A stretch of DNA of 64,000 bases, taken from assembly GCA_000002435.2 (NCBI GenBank), contig CM018792.1, one strand, 5' to 3'. The notes under the pieces were generated by a model. That model worked only from the letters and a program-made list of their open reading frames with translations, was not told the origin of the DNA and did no database searches. Source of the stretch: Giardia intestinalis. Its lineage: Eukaryota. Both the position numbers and the translations under genes were made by a program. Positions 31,601-39,795 of the stretch are shown here, piece after piece. Every line of letters begins with the position of its first letter. Within the stretch, counting starts at the first letter, position 1.

Positions 31601-34600
31601 AATCTGCCCGGTAGGCTTCGTGTATGAGGGAAATTCCGCCATAGTCACGCTCATACATCTGCTTTCTGGACAACTTCTTGGTACAGAGCTCATATAGCTC
31701 ATCGAAGCCGGCTCTAGTAAGCTTGTACGGTGGCTCTGCGACCTCGCTGCCGCTAAAGCGGAGACTTAAGAGCTGATCAGTAAAAGTCTGCAAATTGGCC
31801 ATGCGTCCCAATACGTGAATGAAGGGGGCCTTAGTCAAGAAGTAGTAGAGAATTACGCAGTTAGGAACCATGTACTCTAGCGAGGCAGTAGAGAAGACGA
31901 GCTTAATCGCTCCCATTAATTTAGCGCGCGAATCATCTACAATGCGGTCTGCCAAGAGACAAAAAAGCTTGCTCATTAGGTCCATTGAACGGGAATGAAT
32001 CTCAGAGCCTTCATAGCCTTCACTAGTGTTTCCAAGGTTAATACGCTTAACATAGGCGGCGATCAGCCCGCACACACAAGCATCGGAAAAGATATTAGTG
32101 AAGTGTGTCATCCAAATCGCCTTTTCAGCAAGAAGTGTCACAATCTTCAAACTCTCCGAGGGAAGAATCGTGTTAACGCCTATGTACTTAATCGTATTTA
32201 TTCCCAGTAGAAGCTGTGCAACCACCTTACTAGTCAATAGATGGGTTGATCGAACTGTAGCCTTGTCAACGAGCAAATTGAGGCGGACAGCAATCTGCTC
32301 CCGCTCAGCCGTCATGATTCTGGCACGGAACTTATTGTCAGAGCGATATACCCGCTCCTCTGCTCCCTGATCATCTTGGCCATCTAACGTATAGGGATAA
32401 GGGTACTCTGCCTCCATAGAGAAGTTATGAATCAGTTCAAACACAGGGTTCTTGACCTCATAAGCAGTAAGCTCGAATACGAATTTCCAGAGATAGCGCT
32501 CGAACACGTAGGAGACTTCTGCCGGACGCATCTCGGCAAATAAACGCAGCAAGTCAATAGCGCCGTCGGCTACAGGTGCAAAGCGCATGTAGAGAAGTCC
32601 ACATGTCGCCGCTGCAACGATGGATATTACCCTGGCAGAGTCGTCGTTGGCCTTAGCAGATGAGACCTCCAGGAAGCCTAACAGCTGCTTCTGCAACTGT
32701 GTCATTATATGCTGGACTTCAAAAACATTCGTAAGGGGAAAGAGGCTGGCATACTGACCAATAATAGCAAACCCGCGTGAGGCACCCCCGAGTAAACTCA
32801 CTATCTTCAACATCGATCGTCTCATGACACCATTGGGAGATGTCAGCATGATTAAAGGTAGTTCGCTGTTTAAAAGGGTTGCATATAGCTCGTCCAGCGA
32901 AGCACCAGCCAGCCGTGTTGCCAGAACGTCGAAAAGAGAGTCGTACTGGATGGAGACGATAGACTCGAGTAATGTAAAGAAGTACTCTGGTGAACCAGGG
33001 GTGACCTGAATTAATAGAGAAAGCAGGGTGGTGATAAGAGCACCTTGCGTTGTAAGCACCGCGGGCTTCTTAGCTATTCTGCCTACAGAAAGCATATTCA
33101 AATACGATGCATCAATGCTTTGCAAGAGAGACTGCAGCGCTTGCGTATGCTTTCTACTGAGCAACGAGCGCGAATATAGACAGGCTAGGACAGTGCACAA
33201 CATAGATCCTGTTTCGTTCTCCAGCTCATGGACAAAGTCCCTTTCGATTGCTTCTACAATTGCGTCGAGTTCTGAACCGGAGGGCGAATCACAGACTCCT
33301 TCGCAGAAAAGGTAAAGACGAATGTACGGGGAGTGATCCTCTGAAAGAGAAGAGCTGTACACACTTTTGAATGTGTCTATAAAGATGTCCCGTTTGTGGT
33401 GCCTTGAAAAGTCCTGAACCATGACATAGAGAGAGTAGAACACGTTATAATTGCATAGGTCAGCATGAAACTGTTTGAAAAAGGTTGCTACTAAGTCATC
33501 CTTGCATTCTGCGTGGAGAGAGGTAGAGATAGCCAACAAGCACAAAGTCAGTAAGTAAAGGCTCCTATTCAAAGCTTCTTTGTTCGCCACAATCAAGTGA
33601 TAAAGGTCATTAATACCGGAAAACGTCATCTTATTGGGGTAGAACATTGCAAGAGAGAGTAGTGCGTTTTGAGTCTCATGCTGCTGAGAAGGGTCTGACA
33701 GCAGTTTCAGTGCGTGTCCAGTAATAGATAGAATAACCTGTGATAGTGCAGATGAATCCATTTCTGCCTCTGCGAAGAGCGTGGTTAGATCAACAAGCCA
33801 GTTCTCGGTATCTGACTTCGGGATAGAGAAATAGGAGCCAATAATGATATCAAAACGACTATGCAGGGTTCCGTCAGGGTGGCGGCACGCTAGAAGAAGT
33901 ACTAGATTAGCCATTGTTGACTCAAGGGGCCCGGCGATCGACGTGAAGATCTCAGACATACAGTCGTCGTGGCGGGAGTGAACTCTGACAAGATACGCTG
34001 GTATCTCCGCCAAGCCTGGCCATAGCATACGCTCCATCTGTTCCACATAGGAGAGAATTGCACCCCAAATACCCTCGGGTATGGCCCCGCCTAGATACTT
34101 CAGAGAAAGAAGTAGGCTTTGAATTGCCCCCACAAATAACTCTGGATGCTTGCACACGCCATTGAGACGTAAAAGTGTGAGGCTTGTGAGAATAAAGTGC
34201 TTATTACTAGGCCCCAGGTCACGGAAAAGGTCAGGCAGCGCGCGAATGATGCTCAAATAAACGGTCTTGCTTGCTATGAAATCCGAGCTATTAGGATCCT
34301 CGAGTGTTAGCGCATTTAAGGCATTCTCAATAATGGAAAAGAGACCATCTGGATCATACAAAACCTGCACCAACAGTCTATAGTTGAGCATCACGTCGTC
34401 ACAGAGAGACAGAAACACTCCGTGATCGTTGCCAGCCTGAAGCTCTTCCAGCTTAGCAGAAAACAAGGATATCCGCTGGTCTTCTGGGAGATCCGTGTCA
34501 TAGTGCTTACTCCGCGTGGAGTCAATGTTGAAGTGGGCCATGAGAGAGAAGTAATCATGGTATTTGGTGGTCTTGGTCCGAGTGTCGTAGATCGGTGTGA

Positions 34601-34631
34601 GCTGGTCCCTCTGCTGATCTCTGCGGGGCAT
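25686..34631 (-). CDS. Giant 2981-aa hypothetical protein, probably an alpha-helical (HEAT/ARM-like) scaffold
   Basis: A single uninterrupted ORF with a verified ATG. It is Leu-rich and helical throughout. No P-loop, kinase, RING or WD signatures were seen. Confidence 0.5.
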   Translation of the reverse strand: MPRRDQQRDQLTPIYDTRTKTTKYHDYFSLMAHFNIDSTRSKHYDTDLPEDQRISLFSAKLEELQAGNDHGVFLSLCDDVMLNYRLLVQVLYDPDGLFSIIENALNALTLEDPNSSDFIASKTVYLSIIRALPDLFRDLGPSNKHFILTSLTLLRLNGVCKHPELFVGAIQSLLLSLKYLGGAIPEGIWGAILSYVEQMERMLWPGLAEIPAYLVRVHSRHDDCMSEIFTSIAGPLESTMANLVLLLACRHPDGTLHSRFDIIIGSYFSIPKSDTENWLVDLTTLFAEAEMDSSALSQVILSITGHALKLLSDPSQQHETQNALLSLAMFYPNKMTFSGINDLYHLIVANKEALNRSLYLLTLCLLAISTSLHAECKDDLVATFFKQFHADLCNYNVFYSLYVMVQDFSRHHKRDIFIDTFKSVYSSSLSEDHSPYIRLYLFCEGVCDSPSGSELDAIVEAIERDFVHELENETGSMLCTVLACLYSRSLLSRKHTQALQSLLQSIDASYLNMLSVGRIAKKPAVLTTQGALITTLLSLLIQVTPGSPEYFFTLLESIVSIQYDSLFDVLATRLAGASLDELYATLLNSELPLIMLTSPNGVMRRSMLKIVSLLGGASRGFAIIGQYASLFPLTNVFEVQHIMTQLQKQLLGFLEVSSAKANDDSARVISIVAAATCGLLYMRFAPVADGAIDLLRLFAEMRPAEVSYVFERYLWKFVFELTAYEVKNPVFELIHNFSMEAEYPYPYTLDGQDDQGAEERVYRSDNKFRARIMTAEREQIAVRLNLLVDKATVRSTHLLTSKVVAQLLLGINTIKYIGVNTILPSESLKIVTLLAEKAIWMTHFTNIFSDACVCGLIAAYVKRINLGNTSEGYEGSEIHSRSMDLMSKLFCLLADRIVDDSRAKLMGAIKLVFSTASLEYMVPNCVILYYFLTKAPFIHVLGRMANLQTFTDQLLSLRFSGSEVAEPPYKLTRAGFDELYELCTKKLSRKQMYERDYGGISLIHEAYRADFMDIALYLMAGKVVRTGRSFNYISGVANAAVGGRSVGSDDSRRRTIFAFAEQNMDPRERNRMYGILIAPIFSKLFHDVIIGGTEAEIVEFLLHRVDLEDICGLAARVPNVHGNMIRGFCNTCTMMLPYISSAYITTAYLHVVLILATFWFFDLDAHTHLTDWYNSSLDTYRADAVARNEAKKIPHQGVDIDGIEIDLIRSTILRTIRTFITCCLEITDSEARLQEIFNTGARQSTLTFFKVVYTLISKFHIKNESEPCSNSLVRMYTVLSRYPLRVERYMQWNYLFIDDLLVHLRPHPKQSLTILRVFTTLATALLDSCTQTLDTPEYTLLLEKLPSIKKEFTERLLLCLRKRLSTKYFREFTIGYTMPENLVSSLCRESLATVHTLLLCDAESKRFNVITPIIEELCEIFHYALNADSTEVSGAILRFYEFASPLCTHNLLLPLVMKNKLVDARPVLAKLFRCYGTVEAIESLNIPSEVYSKASTLSLRDHAEIYTLLYKLGIPHNESRLESIQHLSAYLCHSKMALGMALHFLTEGSDAERSAASTLLRTFTLKPPAEDSEHRDSWRAAQVLLLNYVHAYISQTVAHSTQLDSKRRRGRSELLSFMQVYAGYGADRRLLCDVREMLSAEDLAVLLDEEFNFDRELDSAAQWSMPSLRCLANAARPDYLCVYQLTDFVRLADASASARISAFGNVFSFLCNTLLGRLIMSNAFGCRLNQNIITNILIPISLQECLIANDDKLDTMFLNFLAACGLYLDWARYRTVLLYLLGQVNSSPNEGRLIQALNSLLDNFRFITASKNSSATQNESFDSDDTESSNESELEVSSDSGDTSIADDARDGSGNHPSLNLLSAPNTSLTVGFDTSSKENGPDAEQENQEFEKALSGMRTASYIRKNDLVIATAIEKTQKDQSEAVESSPDPLQLLFNSITDYAPAQVLSHVSRIFIPQVQRYINRRLGTTQNRYLLATTLSKLIAKLPWEQRQRRLNHLVIVILKDLASTDQDARAACRRCLSHISMLLGPRNLGTILLSIRTHCAKEFIGVHLAAYVYYEILEHVIMVPHRTLLAVIQNPSIILKLPYVDTSSCNVSPLPDAITPISLRQVIAVLVRDMFSAQAQEQKARSLLSIKHIEVGESRSADIIRLTAASLSFSNITQTVFFIEPLFRGCAYSFSSTQQDAIVHSLLAGWFVNSTVTEDALLEFVHYMMSPKCFYHALIPQIVDACNKLTKQEKIINARVEEDDLRRARAITDIRNEHLLLEPSPKRLYQGIGSISGGFSGVGSSYDTTVPHKLVGALLRHGIEKHYGDPYVHEYMPYFAAIASGTEESVHALPHAAQDPIATLPPPALRAPTISAERYPEIADYVLLMLSSRAAFCRASGFHSLAAMMPNYPTVRTKLIASECCKALYRTSDRQELEACFRLINVILTNDYDLFSTEDYSLIVKVSSLMLNKSLKSLLAFHMIQLIVEKNIDVPEIYETMTYFCKVAAMVEGHEQTASLVKALSHFIVTYEMTHKKRIVYIRNLLKVAAEFETNAGRRVVLACLHEVYRGLDAETLSGCVDISVVSFVVTISNCSQLAEGSDQVVSEAMQTLAVFIKRCEDTGYQRCPLYFIRSILANEKVLPQQTSVLILLSCLSETILSVADAEDVQEHVADACISALTTLLEVVVDLQDAVFGKMRKTRDNIDFVAASFRLFASVIQLLSLAPDFEAKYNALFVQLQGFFAEDTYRSVLLSAAPDLRSRSLTVCNILLSHVQEQPSSGSAEASLKPFLYLIEPYILSIGDTLLTNLDKHRTAVILGDLLCASAKDADASHYKVLNAFRLVDSTLLEIPASHPHLKISLIGAVLCFFSKFQKEDQCLLELLTKAFIQTLLRLRYFHTVETDPRYETAEEFEERNPEVLHERHVCDIVNSTLDKLEQISTGTRSFTELLSESEQAVDAEPFEPPERRFRRPVKKNSVLEAMLKVSYYIGDKD

Positions 34632-34709
34632 TAATTAAATCACAATGTTCATATTTTACTGCAATATAACATACTAAATTACAATTAATATACAAGCAAG
34701 CCCGCCAAC

Positions 34710-35672
34710 TTATCGGCACAGATGGGCTTCTAGAAAGCTGATATACGCTTCTAGTGTAGTGACGTTGTTGGGCACTATTAGGTTACCAACACCATCTTTT
34801 AGAGAAAGCTTATAGTATGCATGAAATAATCTTGTATTAAGCAGGTTATTCTCAACCAACTTTTTAGATCCGCTAGATAGCTTACTCAGCTTAGTATAAC
34901 AATCCGTAATCCTGTCAGCCTTTGCTGGAAACATGCGAGCTATAACACTGGTAATTGTCCTTGACAAAAGTCTGTTATCTATATGCTCCGTATTATCTGC
35001 GACGAACTTAGTTGCTCTAGCAGAAGGCCTATAATGGACACCTACTAGAGCCGAGTGACCTTGTAATTGATTCTGCCCATCAGTGCTAGGATAGGGAATA
35101 TGAGACGATTGAAGCTTTTCGGTTGTTTGGTGAGGCTCACCGTTGGGTCCCTTCAAAGGCTGGCCTCTCCGACCATCTCTACCATAGGCTGTTGACTGCG
35201 CACGCTTTCTACGCCGCAGAGTCACCTCAAGAGAGCCCCCGGTCTTTTTGGAAGGAGGAACAGAAATGGAAAGATTGATGCCACCGCTCTCCGAGTGAGA
35301 TCCAGCAGTGGGCTTTTCTGGAGAGGTAGTGGTTAACGGAAGCGCTCTAGTGATAGAAAATTGTGAGACAGCACGCTTATTCCTGGAGAAAATCAAAGGT
35401 GAAGATGATGCCGTAGCATTAGAGCTACAAGTCAAGGGAGACGACAAATTGGGAGCTTGAGTGAAGAAAAGAGAAGGGTTGCATGTCGGGACAACAGGAG
35501 CTAAGGGCTGCGAAGAAAATGCTATCCTTGTTGCTGTCGCTGAACCCGAGACAGGGTTCGCTCCAGAGAAAACGGTCGGTGATTCAGAGAAGGCAAGCTG
35601 GCCACTCGGCTCATCCCGCAGCGCTTGGTTGTGCAAGCACGTTCCATTAATGGCTGAAGAAGTTGCGGCCAT
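34710..35672 (-). CDS. Hypothetical protein with a Ser/Thr-rich N-terminal half
   Basis: 320-aa ORF with a verified ATG. No motifs were recognised. Confidence 0.4.
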   Translation of the reverse strand: MAATSSAINGTCLHNQALRDEPSGQLAFSESPTVFSGANPVSGSATATRIAFSSQPLAPVVPTCNPSLFFTQAPNLSSPLTCSSNATASSSPLIFSRNKRAVSQFSITRALPLTTTSPEKPTAGSHSESGGINLSISVPPSKKTGGSLEVTLRRRKRAQSTAYGRDGRRGQPLKGPNGEPHQTTEKLQSSHIPYPSTDGQNQLQGHSALVGVHYRPSARATKFVADNTEHIDNRLLSRTITSVIARMFPAKADRITDCYTKLSKLSSGSKKLVENNLLNTRLFHAYYKLSLKDGVGNLIVPNNVTTLEAYISFLEAHLCR

Positions 35673-35699
35673 GCGTTCAATTTTATTTCAGTTTAGTAT

Positions 35700-36776
35700 T
35701 CACAGCTCAAACTTTTCAGACGCAGACTCCTCACGCTGACAAGTAGTCGCACTATCTATCTCTGTCGGGACGCAATCAGCCATTAAACGCTTGCTCGGCC
35801 CAAAGATAGCATCGGGTCTATTGAGCAACAGGTCATTGAAGGTGGGATAAATGATTGGCGTGACAACTGTATTACTCCACTGCAGTGACTCCATGGGCAC
35901 TTCGGTGGCTCCCGACCAGCGAGTTGTTATGCTTATAGGCATTGGCAGTGCTTGCAGAGACTCGTCTGCGGGTGCTTTGGGCTCCTTGAAGTACACCGCT
36001 AGGCGGTCCTTGGAGACGGGCGTTCGGGGATTGCTTTGAATAATTCTTCCTGAGGAGATAAGCGACTGCATTCTGAAGCTGTCCCCGGTCCCTTTCACCG
36101 TGCTGTTGTCAGGATTGTGCTTGGCCTTCTGGATATCGAAAGCGGGAGAAAAGTCTAGGAGCCTTATCAAAAAGATGAAGGAGGGCCAGAGCCTGGAGTC
36201 TAGTGCTACACCCAAAAACTGATCGATATCTCTGTTCTTCTTTTCGTACTCATTGAAGGCTACAATCAAATAGAACGCAAAGGCATACAACTCAGATATG
36301 CGACTAATATAGTACGCCTGGCGAGGCATAAGCTTTGTGCCAAGAACACAGGAGACAGCACATTTAGATGTCATCTCACCGACTGTAAAATGTACCTCAA
36401 GAGGGCCTGTAAACCGCACTAAGGCAGCACCTATAGGGATAGACACATCAGTTGCCACAGCTTCAAAAGGCACGGTCATAAAGAGCCGCTTTAGGTTGTA
36501 GCAATCCCAGAATGATAGGATGTAATGAACAAGGGGAAGCGTAATGAGAACACGAAGGCTATAAGTAGTCCTAACACAGGTGGAGAGAATTGTATGAGTT
36601 TTCAAATATGCAAACGCGGCTTCTGGGTCAGTGAGAATCACCACGGGCTCTACATTTGAATAGACAAGACGGCTGCCGGCCGGGGGCTCTCTAAAGACAG
36701 GATTAATCAGGAAGGTTACACCTGCAGCCTGAAATATGTAGTATGGAACGGCTCCATCTGTGCACCGCGTATACAT
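35700..36776 (-). CDS. Hypothetical multi-pass membrane protein
   Basis: 358-aa ORF with a verified ATG. Several hydrophobic helices are present ('VTFLINPV', 'LITLPLVHYILSFW', 'LYAFAFYLIVAF', 'LWPSFIFLIRLL'). Confidence 0.4.
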   Translation of the reverse strand: MYTRCTDGAVPYYIFQAAGVTFLINPVFREPPAGSRLVYSNVEPVVILTDPEAAFAYLKTHTILSTCVRTTYSLRVLITLPLVHYILSFWDCYNLKRLFMTVPFEAVATDVSIPIGAALVRFTGPLEVHFTVGEMTSKCAVSCVLGTKLMPRQAYYISRISELYAFAFYLIVAFNEYEKKNRDIDQFLGVALDSRLWPSFIFLIRLLDFSPAFDIQKAKHNPDNSTVKGTGDSFRMQSLISSGRIIQSNPRTPVSKDRLAVYFKEPKAPADESLQALPMPISITTRWSGATEVPMESLQWSNTVVTPIIYPTFNDLLLNRPDAIFGPSKRLMADCVPTEIDSATTCQREESASEKFEL

Positions 36777-36822
36777 AACAACCAGATAGTCGGTATTTTC
36801 ATTTCAAAAAGTGGAAAGAACT

Positions 36823-38283
36823 ATGTCCAGCAATATCTACACAGCGCTTATGGAAGCCGCTCGAAAGGGCGACATGATCGCCTTGCGTCAAAATTTAAGA
36901 CAGCAGGCCAGGTTGAAGGACAACTTGGGCGTTACTGCGCTGATGTATGCAGCACAGGCGGGACGCTATGAAGCCGTTTCGCTCTTAGCTGAGTATGAGG
37001 CTGGGATGCAAGATTGGCGTGGGAAGACTGCTCTTATAACTGCTATTCAGAACGGGCACGCAGAGGTTGCCCGCATTCTGGTTCCCTACGAAACCGGACT
37101 GCGCGATACGGATGGCGCAACTGCTCTCATGAGCGCCGCCAGTATGGGGTTCAGTAGTCTCATTCAGGAGCTCCTGGAGAAAGAGGTAAAATGCGTAGAC
37201 GACAACGGAAAGACGGCCCTCATGTATGCCGCTGAATCAAACCAGGTTGATGCCGTCAGGATCCTTCTCAAGCACGAAGCAGGGATTCGGGACTCTAGTG
37301 GTCAGACCGCAATGATGTACGCTACCGTCAGCGGCAATATATCAGTCATTGAGCTTCTTTTGGGCTATGAAGCAGGGGTCTGCAAGGACAACGGCTGGTC
37401 CTGCCTTATGACCGCGGCTAAGTTGGGCAATTTTGAAGCTGCCGAGCTTCTGGCTCCAAAGGAGGCTTGCTTAGCAAAGCAGAACGGCATGACAGCACTT
37501 ATGGTTGCCGCACAATTCGACCACGAAGACATAGTGCGTCTCTTAATGGCTGCAGAGGGAAATATGGTTCGGAAAGACGGCCTGTCAGCAAGAAACATTG
37601 CTTCTCAGTTTGGAAACCACGACGTTGCAGATCTTCTCGCCAACTCCACCCACCTTTTTCTCCCGCCAAATCCCTCTGTTTCAGCAAAGTCTTCCAGAAA
37701 CGCTAACGGGCCCAGACCAGAAAATGATCCAAGCAAGGCCTTTACCTCCTCGACCCTCATGCCTCCTCAGCGGCATCAGTATCCCCATGCTCCGACAACA
37801 CCAACTACCAGGGGCGTGACTAAGCGGGAAGGCCATCAAGGACCCGGTGGATATAGCACGCCTGCATTAATAGAAAGCAACCATAATAACAGCAGTCATC
37901 CCGATGGCAACAATTCAAAGCTTGTAGAAAGCTACATTCTCTCTGAGGCCTCGCAGTTTGATAACATTACTTTGAACGCAACGCTAATGGATTCGGTTCA
38001 CTCGGGCCACTCTGCTTCCAATAATTCTAAAATACTAAAACTTATAACAGAAATAGATTGTAAAGATTGCGAGATCGACGCATTAAAAAAGCAGGTAACG
38101 CAGCTCCAAAACCAATTGTCCCACAAAGCAGACGGACTAGTGGATATAAAAGCTGACTATGTTTCTCAGGCTAGGCAGCTTCAGAAGATGGCCGAGTACA
38201 TGCTCGAATTTGCCAACGAAATTGAGCCTGGCATTAATTATATGAACTCGGCTACTACGCAGAAGTCTGATGCACTGAAATAG
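36823..38283 (+). CDS. Ankyrin-repeat plus coiled-coil protein, of the Giardia 'protein 21.1' type
   Basis: The track start is a GTG at 36811 and the first ATG is at 36823. There are at least six ankyrin repeats ('TALMYAAQAGRYEAVSLL', 'GKTALITAIQNGHAEVARIL' and others). A C-terminal coiled coil is present. The AGTGAAT polyadenylation motif sits 16 nt after the stop. Confidence 0.7.
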   Translation: MSSNIYTALMEAARKGDMIALRQNLRQQARLKDNLGVTALMYAAQAGRYEAVSLLAEYEAGMQDWRGKTALITAIQNGHAEVARILVPYETGLRDTDGATALMSAASMGFSSLIQELLEKEVKCVDDNGKTALMYAAESNQVDAVRILLKHEAGIRDSSGQTAMMYATVSGNISVIELLLGYEAGVCKDNGWSCLMTAAKLGNFEAAELLAPKEACLAKQNGMTALMVAAQFDHEDIVRLLMAAEGNMVRKDGLSARNIASQFGNHDVADLLANSTHLFLPPNPSVSAKSSRNANGPRPENDPSKAFTSSTLMPPQRHQYPHAPTTPTTRGVTKREGHQGPGGYSTPALIESNHNNSSHPDGNNSKLVESYILSEASQFDNITLNATLMDSVHSGHSASNNSKILKLITEIDCKDCEIDALKKQVTQLQNQLSHKADGLVDIKADYVSQARQLQKMAEYMLEFANEIEPGINYMNSATTQKSDALK

Positions 38284-38298
38284 TCGATAAGCTGTACT

Positions 38299-38305
38299 AG
38301 TGAAT
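38299..38305 (+). promoter_or_regulatory. Putative Giardia polyadenylation signal (AGTGAAT, which matches AGTRAAY) 16 nt after the stop of the ankyrin gene
   Basis: A direct sequence match in the position expected for Giardia 3' ends. Confidence 0.35.
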
Positions 38306-38766
38306 CTAGCATTTACTCCGTTTCAGAAAGTGACCTCATCAGCTGCAGCCCAAAGGCTGTCATCTGGGCCTCCCGAGTAACTGCTGGTCTTACATAGACT
38401 CACTTAGGTATTGCTCAAAGCACACTTCTTACACTCTGAACAGGAAGATATAGGCTGTCCCCAGATCTGCTCTCAAGGTAAAAGACTCACCTGGCTGTTG
38501 TCGGCCAGCTGAACCGTGTTCTTAGGGAATCGAGCAAGATAATCGCTTGCCGAAAAATAATCTGAAGGCTCGTTGATAAGTGAGACCTTCGGATACTCCA
38601 TAGTATCTGTTACTGACCAGAAGGGCGTGTTACATTCATATGTGTCTAGCTGGTGTCGGACGAGATAGTATTGGCAGATAGTCGGTGTCTGTGATTGCCA
38701 TTTATCCACAAGGCGACACTGCTCTTCTAGTCAGTCTATCATCTGCTCCTTGGCCTCCTTCACCGT

Positions 38767-39792
38767 GTGCCTCTGCTCAGACACTCTGAGCTTCCCGACT
38801 TCAGAAATATCATTGGGTATGGAGAGGATAGGACATCGTACATCATCTGCGGCACCCCCGGGATCGTCTCTGCTCTCCTTACGGCAGTCAAGCCGGCCTC
38901 GGGCACAGGTATCGCCTCCCGTGGAGCAACCTCGTTCCTGAAGCTGCGGCACGTGGTGATAGACGAGGCAGACCACATCCTCCTCAACGACAACACGTCC
39001 TTCCTGGCGCTCATCAGGGAGTTCTTCGCTCAACGGAACTCCACGGCCGTCTTCCGCGTGCCTCTCTTCTTCGCCCAGCGACACCGCCTTGGGCTTCCGA
39101 CGGACAGGTTTGTCTTCCTCTCTGCGACCATGAAGTACCGGGCGAGCCTGCTCGAGAACATGGGCCTCCACGGCGGGTGCATGGTGGACTTCGACGAGGG
39201 CCACGCGCGCCTTGCCCTCTCGCCCAACGTCGAACACTTCGTCGTCCAGCTCAAGCGGGTCTACTCCGAGATAGACATCACATACCTGGTCTTCAGGTTC
39301 CTCTGCAGCCCCGCCGGGTCCATCACCAACTCGAGGACGACCCTCCTGCCCTGCATCGTCTTCGTCAACTCCAGGCACACCGCGCAGCGCATCGCTCACC
39401 TGCTGTTCCTGATGATGATCAAGGTTTACAAAGAGCTCTGGTACAGGATAACGCTGGTGGCCCAGGGGCACGTCTTCCGGAGGCCGAACTTCGAGTCTGT
39501 CCCGGCCATCTCCAACGAGTCCCTCGAGGAACACCCTGCAACGATCGTCTTGGCAACTGATAACTTCGCCCGTGGGCTCGACCTTCCTGCGGTTCGCTCG
39601 GTGGTCAACTTCGATCCGAGCCGGGTCGTCTCCATAGACGAGAAGAGCCTCTGCGACTACCGGAGCACAGAGGGACCGCGGCTGTCCGACTTCTCCGTCG
39701 GGGACAGCGACGTGCTGGAGATCTCACGGAGGTTCAGCGAGAACACGGACATCTACCTGACCACCCTCTACGACGGGGAGTTCGGGCGCTAG
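38767..39792 (+). pseudogene. DEAD-box RNA-helicase-like ORF that lacks the N-terminal Q, Walker A and Ia region, so it is a probable gene fragment or pseudogene
   Basis: Motifs appear in canonical order: 'IICGTPGIV' (Ib), 'VIDEADHIL' (II), 'FLSATM' (III), 'IVFVNSRHTAQRIAHLL' (IV), 'LATDNFARGLDLP' (V) and a degenerate VI 'YRSTEGPR'. The frame is closed by TAG at 38728-38730, only 13 codons upstream. The track 'start' is a GTG and there is no AxTGSGKT motif. Confidence 0.45.
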
Positions 39793-39795
39793 GCG

